Source: Lytechinus pictus (taxonomy: Eukaryota). Taken from it: DNA of 64,000 nucleotides. Shown in pieces: positions 54,083 to 64,000 of the stretch; within the stretch, counting starts at the first letter, position 1; the number at the start of each line of letters is the position of its first letter. Location: contig NC_087255.1 in assembly GCF_037042905.1 (NCBI RefSeq), positions 2,170,001 to 2,234,000 on the forward strand, read 5' to 3'. The position numbers and the translations under genes were made by a program. The notes beneath the pieces are model-generated. The model did no database searches. It was given only the letters and a program-made list of their open reading frames with translations, and had not been told where the DNA came from.

Positions 54083-54788
54083 AGCCTCAGTCACAATTAC
54101 GATTACGAATTGCTAAAAACGCCGTAAGAACGAATTTGGACCACTTCGTAAAAACATCGTAAGAAAAACGACAGATTTTAAAGGGTCCAGAGGCAATTCT
54201 AGATGCCACAAATTCTTGTGACGACCGTAAGAACGTCTTACGACGCTCGTATGAATGACTCTCAGAATCGTAAGGGACTCGTAAGGCGTAGGTACACATG
54301 TTTAGTTTTAGGGGGTATAAAGCCAAACGCTCGACGTTCAAATCATGGCGTTCAACAAAGGAGCATTTCCTGTTGAAGAAGTATGGGACCAAAAAGTAAG
54401 TCTCTCAAAGGAAAGAGAGCGAATGGGCTACAGTTGTAGTCTCATTGGCCCCACTGCCATCTTCAGCCTCGTAAAATCTTCTTACGAATGACTTGAGAGT
54501 AACGTGATTCGCACGCATGACCATCTTGCGACAACAAAAATCGTGAGATGGTCGTTATTCTGACAAAAGAATAACTCAAGTCCTTCTCCCAAAAAGTACG
54601 AATTCTAGGGACATTACATAACCAAAAATCATTTCTTTTCTCAAGAAGGCATTAAGTTGTTCTTGCGAGTTAATCGGCGTTCGTATGAAATTTGTAAAAT
54701 AGACCGTATGAATCTACGTCCAAACTACGAATCTGTACCAACTCCTGTGAGATTGGTACGAGCGCATCGAACCTTTGTGACCGTAGTT
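54083..54788. mobile_element. Degenerate MITE-like element rich in TCGTAA/TTACGA motifs
   Basis: Imperfect TIR AGCCTCAGTCACAA / TTGTGACCGTAGT following TAA, with many CGTAAG/TACGA subrepeats. Confidence 0.5.
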
Positions 54789-57700
54789 ATACGTAATGCA
54801 ACCAATGTCAAGCATTTACAATGATGATATTTACTTGAATTAATGCATATGAACGGAACAGAGTATATTAATGGAATATCAGTAACCTCTCTTCTTCGTC
54901 ATTCGTCCAGTCAAGCTCCCCTTCTCTGTCCACACACACGCCCCCAAAAAACTCTTAATTATCACATAATGAGAGCAAGGAAGGAGGATAATAAGATGGG
55001 CTAAAAACGTATCCGTCCTGTGGCTGCTTGTATCAACAAAACTTCAGACAAAATCGGAGCCAATTCATGATTGTCTCACTCAATAGAGGAGCGCTCCGCA
55101 CTCTGCGGTTCGAACGCGCGCGCCCAAAAAATCAGAGCAAGATAAAAGAAAATCATTTTGGATGATTCAGCCCGATAAGCCGGCTTTTGTTTTAAATGGA
55201 ACTGTGAAAACATAACCGATGAAGAAACTTGTCAACGGCCGGGATTAAGTTCCCAGACCTTCAAGTTTTAGTTTGGAGGACTTGACCCAGTTTCTAACCT
55301 CGTGGCCTATTTTTGGAAGGGCAACCTATCTAAGCAGACGATGTCCCTTTTCCCCTCTTTTTGCTCTATCTCATATTGTATGATATTATAGTGAGTTACT
55401 GTAGTAGCCATCATATTTTGCATGATAACATGAGGCTAAATCGAATTAGGAACAAGCTTATTATTGACCTTTCCACGAATTCATTATTTAAGACGTAATT
55501 TCTGAACTGAATTGAAGACATCAGCGTCGTCCTCATGCATAATTGTAACAATCAGATACTCGCCTCTGTATTTTTCTCAATCCAACCATTATTTAATCAG
55601 TCTGGTCTAATAGAAAGAAGATTTATATATGTGTATTTTCTGACTCTGATAATTTGATATTAAACTATGCAATAATATTATACTTTGTCAACTTTATCAT
55701 TCATATTTCAATGTGGAGTTATGTACCACTATTTTGTTCTTAATGCGTGTTTAGTTTTGTAATTGCATTGAACGAATTGGGTGACAGCAATAAATGTAAA
55801 ATTAGAAAACAATAAGAGGAAAAACATGAAAGATGACCGGTAAGCCTCTTGAAAACATCTTGCAAAGTTGACAAAAAGTATTACTAAAAAGATTATCATA
55901 ACATCAGCGATAAACATATGTCATACGTGATATGACGATGTCCTACATTATTTTGTCATTTTATTTGTTTTGTTTTCTTGTTATAATCATATTAACCCGC
56001 GTTTGGCATGTTGGTAGGGGGTGAGGGTAGTGTGTTCTGTGTTGACCTTTTGGTGTAGGTGCTCAGTCGGGCCGATATTCACGCTAGCACAACACCTAAT
56101 CTGAAGAGAAGTTGGTCCTGGCCAGTGTAAATATCAACGGTGCTGATCTGTACAATAATGTGATTTTGACAATTTTTGTAAACTCATATTAGATGCTAAG
56201 AAGCGCAAATGCAACAATGCTTCCTGAATTATACACCAACACCGAAGTTGAAATCACCCAGGCTATTTTTTCGGGGGGGGGGGGGGGGCTATTTTAATGC
56301 AAGGTCGTAGACAGGTAGAAGAACTGCAATCATGGCAATGTTGTATTGTTATCATTTGTGATAAGACATCAAATCACTCACGACAGCGGTCTCCTATATT
56401 TAGGTTCATTAATCTAAAGAAAGGTATATTACTACTTTTTATCATCGCTGTATATTCTTTATATTTCGACTATTTATTGTTATGAATTTCTTTATTTATA
56501 TTGTTTATGCAAATATATCGTATGCCGGTATTGTACAATAATCATGACAAGGTTAACGCAAAAGTTAAATCAAACAAACAAACAAAGCATTTGTTTTATT
56601 TATTTATTCCTTTGTTTCATTTTTTTACAAAATACGTAGAGAACATCTATAAAGGATTTATGTTCCTTGAAAAATTGATGAACTTTGGATATTAAAACTG
56701 CGTCAGTTTTGAAGCATACCAGTTTCTATTATAAAGAAAAAACTCATAAAGCAGTCTGCATATAATAATAAAGAAAACAAAGAAACATTGTGGCTCATAA
56801 AAAGAGACAAAGCGAAACGGTTTTAGTTATGTTTAACATATGATAACCCATACGAATGAAAAATTGGGGATTTAAACAACCTGTCTTGTTTCCTTTATAA
56901 AAAGCCATTACCACCTCTGGGTTGGGAACACACGCCGAAAATCCCTGCGACGAAATGGGATCCCTATGCATTTTAATACCGGCAGTATTCGGCGGCAACT
57001 CGGCAGCCAAGAATCGGCCAACATGCGGATATTCTTCAAAAACTCCATGAATAATTCAGCCTCATTTATTTTGGTTTGTTTCAGTTTTTCGATAGGAGAC
57101 GGTGGGATTAAGTGCAAATGTTTAATGAATAATTAGCCATGAGACAGATAGTCTTCAAACTAGACCTCAGATGTTGGTTAAGGCGTTGCCGAGACGAGGG
57201 TGACGAAAAAAAGTAATCCGACGCTGCCCGGCATTCGCCTCCCGTATACACTACTTGGTCGCTGTGCCAAGATTACTACGCAAGATAGCAGATCACGATT
57301 TGGTCTGAATTCAAAGGATAGAAATTATTTAATACATTTCCATGCATTAATGAACCCCTTTATTTGTTTCATTATCGAAAGGATATCGGACATAAAGCCT
57401 AATTACTGAAAGGCGGCAGCGGTGCCGAAAACGCATGGTCGCATCGAATCTCGCGCCGAGCATTTAGACCATCACCACAATAGGCGTTGGTGGTAGTCGG
57501 CAGGAGTCATCGTAGACCACGGCTTTGCAACTCTTTTCTCCTTGTATTCAACGTTGACATTTGATGGATGTGAAGCCTAGTTTCGTGGAGATATAGAAGC
57601 AGTGGAAAAAGCGGGGTGAGACGGCGAAATCGTCTCTTCTCTTCCCAGCTCCCCGAACATGCCGAATTTGCAATTAAAATGTAGGAAAGTAAAGTCAGCG

Positions 57701-59049
57701 AACGCTTCGAGAGTCGGCTCTCGAGGCAGCAACAACCAAACCTCCTAATCTCGTGCCAGAGTGATAAAATACCCGGATTTTGCAGCAACGTGATGTGCCT
57801 GGTTTGATAGTAAATCCAGCATTTGTAAAGCTGAAGGGCTTGTCATAAAGTCAAAACTAAATGTTTGATCAAATCCGTAAGTAGACAGCCGCGAATAAAA
57901 ATATTGATGTATTCAAAGACCTGAGCTGTATCTTCAAAGTCAGACTTTCCTCTGATATTTTTCATGCATAGTGATTAAGTCTTATGAAGGCTAATCCTCC
58001 AATAGCTGTTTTTATGATCTTTCATTTCTCACCCCCTTCTCGCACATTACCCATGATCCTCTCTGCGGCTCAGTAAAAGTAGGGTGTATATTTCAGATTT
58101 GGCCTCATTAACATTCAAATTATCCCCTATCGTACATTTATAGAATGCAATTTACTTTTCGACATCACGAAGACTGGTGAAACGGCAGAATGGTTGAGTA
58201 AAATGAAATAGTTGCCATGTATGTTTGTAATATTTCCCCATTTAAATCCATACGATGTAGACTCAATCAATGATTTGTTAAGACCGCTTAGAATTTTCAG
58301 AAAAATAAAATATCGTTTGTTCGTTCGTCACAATGTTCGCATATTCAATAAAGACATCATAGATTTCATGAGCACAGTTCATATTAATTTCCACTAAATG
58401 TAAATGTATATGAAAGGCAGTTATCTCCCACGTGAAACTAAAACATTTAGGATAATAGGGATATTCAAGTGACCTAAAGTGACTACGTTTCCGGGGGGGG
58501 GGGTTAAGGACTATTTCAAAAGTATTACCCCAAATGATCAGTAGTTTCTGCATAAATCACGCCTTTCCACCTGCCAAGGTAAGTTTACAAAGAATGAGGG
58601 ATCACATATCAAGAGTCATGTATATATAGTTATCCTTTTTCACTATTTATTCGATAATATAGGGCTACTGTAACAAGTTGTCACAATCACGACGATTGCA
58701 TGGGCGAAATCTTTCTGCAGTTGAGAGTTCATATCTTCGAGGCTTCCTTCGACGATTCGTTAAAACACTCGTCATGCTCGTTGGCAAAGTTCCTACAATT
58801 TTTCATCAATCAAAAATTCATGACATAAAGGATTCAAATCCAAAACATTAGTCCGTTCCGTAGCCAAACATACAGCAATGGACAACAAAACAGCGAAAAA
58901 CAATAAACAACGGCAGCAACAATAGCAACGTAAACAAAAATGACAATGGAAACACGTACTAATTATATCGAGGATAGCAATTTACAATATACAATGTTAA
59001 TTATCAGAAGCACCTGCCAATCCACTACTTTCTCGAATCCTGAGAGGGC

Positions 59050-59215
59050 ACTACATAACATAACATAACATAACATAACATGTTATTATTACCCTTTACC
59101 GTTCTGATAAGTTGAGCACCTAACGAGAAGGCAGTAGGTCCCATCTCTTTATAAGTCTCGACCGGGAATCGAACCCATGACTTGCCGTTCATGAGGCGGG
59201 TGCTTTTCCACGGTG
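59050..59215 (-). mobile_element. Degenerate tRNA-derived SINE (different family) with (TATGT)n tail
   Basis: Minus-strand B box GGTTCGATTCCC and (ACATA)n run at the tail end. Confidence 0.6.
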
Positions 59216-60607
59216 TCAACATAACCAGTTTATCGTGAAACAGTGATGATCAAGATAAGAACATTATCTAAATTTTTTTTTTAAATCAAATCAAATTGTG
59301 AATATACTAGTACGTTCACGCCACAGAGAGATATGTTCACTTTCAAAATGTTCTATATATACTTAGTTTTGGTTAAGAGATGCTTAACTGCTTTAGAGGT
59401 GAAATAACGCCTAATACTGTATAACAACTTGTACAATAACTTATTTACCCATGAAATCTCACTTTAGCTGATTTTGTATGCACTAAATGTGCATATTAGT
59501 TAACCAAAAATATTTATTTTTTTAATAAACCTTTTCTTTTTAATTATACAAGGGGTAAGAAAGGAGCAAAACAGAATAACAAAGAATGATGAAGAAGGCA
59601 GAGGAAGAGAAAGAGAAATAGAAAGATGGAACAGAGAGAGAGAGAGAGGGGGTGGGGGTGGGGGGAGATGGGGGTGAGGATGAGGAGAAAGAGGGTATAC
59701 CCATGGTATACTGAATAAGAAATGTTTGTAATTGGATAACATGTCTATCATGACGATCGGTTTAAACCCGTTACTAATGCAGATTTCAAGTGGCCTTTTA
59801 TGACTGCAGTGTTATTTATTTATCATAACAACTAACCACTTATTAAAAAGCCTGTTCGGTCATTAGAAGTGCAGTTTAAATGCTTTCTTTCCAAGACCTC
59901 TTGTTTGATCCCTATTTAATCAATTTGTTCTCACTTTAGCACACCGTCCTAACAGTTTGTCGAACACTTCACTTCCAACTTCCAACCGCGCGGAACACAG
60001 CGACAATCTTATTGCGCGTCGTACCCACTGCTTAAATTTTATCTGCGATACGTCTCGCCGCAGCCCTCCACGCAATGCGCACTGTACGATAAAAAAACTA
60101 CACGCGAAAGCGACGTTGTCCCGTCACCGATCGGACACAGCGCGTAAACATTTTGGTGGTGCGTGGGTACAGGCCCCTTTTCATCTTATGCCACTCTGTC
60201 AACCAATCGATCCACTTCAAGCTTCTGACGTCATGCTTAATTACCCCCTAATGAGGTGATCACAGGCTGTCATATTCCCTTCCATTGTTTTGTTCGATGA
60301 CAAAACGGATTATAGACTATATAAGGCGATTTAGGAGCAATAGCAGCAATCGGAAATGAAATACCAATATATGATCACGACAGTAGATACCTAAAGAGAA
60401 AATAAATACGCTGAAAGATGTAGACAAACATGGACATCAGACAAGATGAAGCTGAAAATACTCATTTAATATTACTTGAGTGAAAATTTTCGACTTAAAT
60501 ACTTTCTAACATTAACAATAAAACTTTTAAAATCATGAGAGGAGAGACCTGCGGGTCATAGTGATTCAGTTCGCTTTTCACCTCCCAGGCACAGGTGACG
60601 CCAAACA

Positions 60608-60639
<32 letters not shown>

Positions 60640-60759
60640 TAATAACAATGCCAAATAAAAAGTCTTGAAATGTGAGGTATATGATTAGTACACGTTGCAT
60701 TTTATGCTAAGTTCATTACTAGTATGTGTCAGTATCATTTTCGCTACTATTATCACCAA

Positions 60760-60980
60760 CATGGTCATCTNNNNNNNNNNNNNNNNNNNNNNNNNNNNNN
60801 NNNNNNNNNNNNNNNNNNNNNNNNNNNNNNNNNNNNNNNNNNNNNNNNNNNNNNNNNNNNNNNNNNNNNNNNNNNNNNNNNNNNNNNNNNNNNNNNNNNN
60901 NNNNNNCATCATCATCATCCTTCTCCTCCTCTTCCTCCTGGTCATCCTCCTTATCATCATCGTCATCATTTTCATCATCA
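60760..60980. repeat. (CAT/CCT)n microsatellite with assembly gap
   Basis: Read directly. Confidence 0.8.
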
Positions 60981-62673
60981 AACAGAATAACTTGTCATGT
61001 GTTGTCAAATTTCTGCTGAAGGTGCTCAAAATATATTAATGGGATAGGATTCTTTCAATTGTTTTATGAAAATGAATACATCAGACACGATGTTCCTACT
61101 AAGTCATATTACTTCTTTTTTTCTTCTTTTTTTCAACGTGGACAGCATCATTGCATCTCTATTGCCCACTAAATGTAACACAGAGTTGGTTTATAATGAG
61201 GCAAAATTATGCTTTATTGTTGTCGGTCTTATAAAGTTTATGTTTTCATTATTCCTGAACATTCAATATGTTCGTTCTGCTCTTGAACTGTTTGTTAATT
61301 GTTTATTTATGTTGTCTGCCTTTTACACAATATCATCATGTTATTTTAGTTTTTCGTTCATTACATTATTCTTATTATTTGGGTAGTTGAATTTGTTGGA
61401 AAATCAGTGTATCCAATCACAGCTCTTGTCGTGCCTACCAGCCAAATTATACAGACTTCACTCTTACTTCATTATCTTCTTTGACAGATGACAGTTAGTG
61501 AAGTTTACGGACTCAGGAGTGGGGGGGGGGGGGGGGGGAGTCCCAGCAACCAAGAGTATGGCTTTTATTGGCGCAGATGTGGCGGTTTTAGAGACCTCTA
61601 TTCGCGATTCATAGGCATTGTTTCCTCGCTCGTTGACAGGATTTTCTCAAGTGGTTTAATACATGGATGCGAGGGAGAATGGACGGGGATAGCGGGATGA
61701 CCGGAAATACCGCCTTTTAAATAGATAATACGGATTCATGCCGATCGATCGATGGAAATAGTGGTTAACCGCTATTTTATCAAATATTACAAAGAGACAC
61801 GATAATAGTTATAATGGCTAATTTGGTTTCTTTATGATTGTGTACACAATAAAGCTTTCGCATAGCTTTTAGATTATCTTTTATTGGCTGTAGAACGGCT
61901 ATCGGATCCTTTAACCCCTTCAAGATTTGCTACAATCTAAGAAAGTTTAGATCACCATCGGGAACGAATGTCACATTATTCAAATTCATAATAAGTTAAA
62001 AATTCAAATTCATAATAAGTTAAAATTAAGAACAAATGTTTTTGATGAAAACAAGTTAATGTAATTTTGGACTTGTTTGTAATGTCATAATTTAAAATAT
62101 TTTAGGCTGTTTATTATACAACATGTTGTTAATTATTAATCATCTGAGCAGGAACATTGTTGTCAATCATTTTGTATTCTCTCCAAAATGAAATCAAATC
62201 CAAAAATCTCTAACGAAAATGATTGGGTAAAATCAATGGTATGTTCAGTTGTGATTCTACACCAATAACTGCATCTAACACACATATTGTCAGCAGTTTT
62301 AGCTTAGTACACGAAATCAACAATTCAGGTTTATCAGGCATTCTTGATTAAGAATGAACTCTCTCAGATAAAATTTTGTTCATACATCCTTCATATGCAT
62401 GCAGATGGAATGGGATTGATATGCAAAATCATGGATTTTAATAATTCGAATGAATCATGATGGATGAAGTAATAAAAATCTTTAGAATAGAAAACTGTGT
62501 AATAAACAGGTCATGGGATTTCAGGACAAGTCATTATTAAAGGCAAGATTTTTATGAAAACAGTGTCAAAAAGATTTTTTTTACTTTCATGTATTTTGCT
62601 TGCAAACATGGCAGTTGAATTAACCATCTTTATAAGATCGATTTTGCTATTTCTAAAATAGAATAGAAATCAT

Positions 62674-62988
62674 GGAGCGCTGCGGCCCAGTGGATCAGTC
62701 TCCGGACTTTGAAACAGAGGGTCGTGGGTTCAAATCCCAGCCATGGCGTAATTTCCTTCGGCAAGAAATTTATCCACATTGTGCTGCACTCAACCCAGGT
62801 GAGGCGAATGGGTACCTAGCAGGCATTTATTCCTTGAAATGCGTGTGCGCTGTAATCTTAGTAATTACGGCAGCCAAGCTACAGCTGGGTAATAATATCC
62901 AAGTCCTTTGGAAGCGCATAGAGACATTATTCATAATTGTGATATGCGCTATACAAGAACTGTTTATTATTATTATTATTATTATTAT
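62674..62988 (+). mobile_element. Near full-length tRNA-derived SINE
   Basis: A box CGGCCCAGTGG, B box GGTTCAAATCC, core CCTTCGGCAAGAAATTTATCCAC..CCCAGGTGAGGCGAATGGGTACC, (TTA)n tail. Confidence 0.88.
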
Positions 62989-63252
62989 CAAATCAAAGAA
63001 TAAATGGAAAACATATACCAATATCTCAGAATGACTTTGATTTGATTTAAGAAACAGAGATGAGAAAAGTTATTAAGTAAACTGAGACTCCTGACTAAAT
63101 ATTTTCTATGAAAATGAAGGGACCACAGAAGAATAGTACATTTGACAGAAACAACATATCGATGGCTTGGTGGGGCTCCACAGAAGCGGCCCCTTTGAAG
63201 AGTAAATTACAAAATAGTGAAACGGTTCCAATCACCATTATGTTACCTTTAA

Positions 63253-63797
63253 AGGGATACCCCGGGCTGAAGATATGTATACCTAAATAAATATAGTAAA
63301 ATTCACAAAACAAAATACTGAAAATTTCACTAAATTCGGACAACAAATAATGAAGTTATTTAATTTTAAAGTTTAGCAATGTCACATCCCCCACTTTCCC
63401 TTTTCTTATGTTATTACATGAAATCATATTTTTTTAATTTTTTTTTCATAAATGTGTAAATGATGTGTCTCAATTATGATGACATAGGTTGCAGCAATAA
63501 ATAATGAGCTGGATCGGTTGTCAATCCAATTGTTTTAGTTCTTGGTAGAACATTTTTTAATAAACCTAATTTCATGTAATATAATACAGAAGAACAAGTA
63601 GGGATATGACATCATCAGCCCACCTAATGAATATTCATGAAGGCATGCCTAGAATTGTTTCACCGGAATAATACAAATCTTTAAAATTCAATAACTTTGT
63701 TATTTGTTATCCGATTTTGATCAAATTTTCAGCATATTGCTTTGTGAATTTTACTTTGATTATTGAGACATAAATATATTCAGCCTGGCGCATCTCT
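63253..63797. mobile_element. Kolobok-like MITE, third family
   Basis: TTAA TSD (63249-63252, 63798-63801). TIR AGGGATACCCCGGGCTGAA / TTCAGCCTGGCGCATCTCT. Confidence 0.78.
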
Positions 63798-63812
63798 TTA
63801 AAAAAAAATAAA

Positions 63813-64000
63813 GGGGAAGTTCACCCTGATGATAAGTGGGTTTGAGCAAAAAAATAAAAGGAGAAATATTGGTGAAGGATTGATGAAAATCCCTCAAAGA
63901 ATAACGAAGTTATGAAGTTTTAAAATTCTGAATTTGTGACGTCACAAACGAGCAACTCTTCCATATCTTGAGAAATATAAATTCCAAAAAATAAGATTTT
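63813..64000. mobile_element. Left end of another Kolobok-like MITE, truncated by the window edge
   Basis: ATAA|AGGGGAAGTTCACCCTGA start and the shared TAA(G/C)GAAGTTATG motif seen in the other TTAA MITEs. Confidence 0.55.

Noticed and set aside
61978-62026. 24-bp tandem duplication ATTCAAATTCATAATAAGTTAAAA
   Set aside because: Ordinary slippage duplication in AT-rich DNA, with no further structure.
62674-62750. tRNA gene (A/B boxes; also ~23090-23160 and ~35795-35860)
   Set aside because: Each tRNA-like head continues into a shared core and (TTA)n tail, so these are SINEs, with no clean cloverleaf.
23948-64000. FoxD/forkhead coding sequence expected from synteny
   Set aside because: No long ORF or forkhead motif in any frame within the window.

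Overview
AT-rich eukaryotic genomic DNA. The repeat families, poly-G/C tracts and microsatellite-associated N gaps suggest an invertebrate deuterostome, probably a sea urchin (inference). Only one host gene is visible: the last two coding exons (2570-2696 and 23868-23947, + strand) of a COG0523/CobW-family zinc metallochaperone (ZNG1/CBWD), split by a ~21-kb terminal intron. About 40 kb with no recognisable coding sequence follows. The rest is a mosaic of non-autonomous mobile elements: an Academ-like foldback carrying an RTE LINE relic, an AcademH-like element with a RecQ-helicase stub and 9-bp TSD nested inside a 3.8-kb hAT-like element, TTAA Kolobok-like and Harbinger-like MITEs, a Helentron/HINE, and tRNA-derived SINEs. 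There is also a 3.25-kb palindromic 53/45-bp satellite with higher-order structure, and several unique CpG-containing islands that may be enhancers. The most unusual observations are a TTAA-to-TTAA ~300-bp duplication flanking a Kolobok-like MITE and recurrent [5-mer]CATG[5-mer] micro-insertions. Almost all ORFs in the supplied track are spurious.
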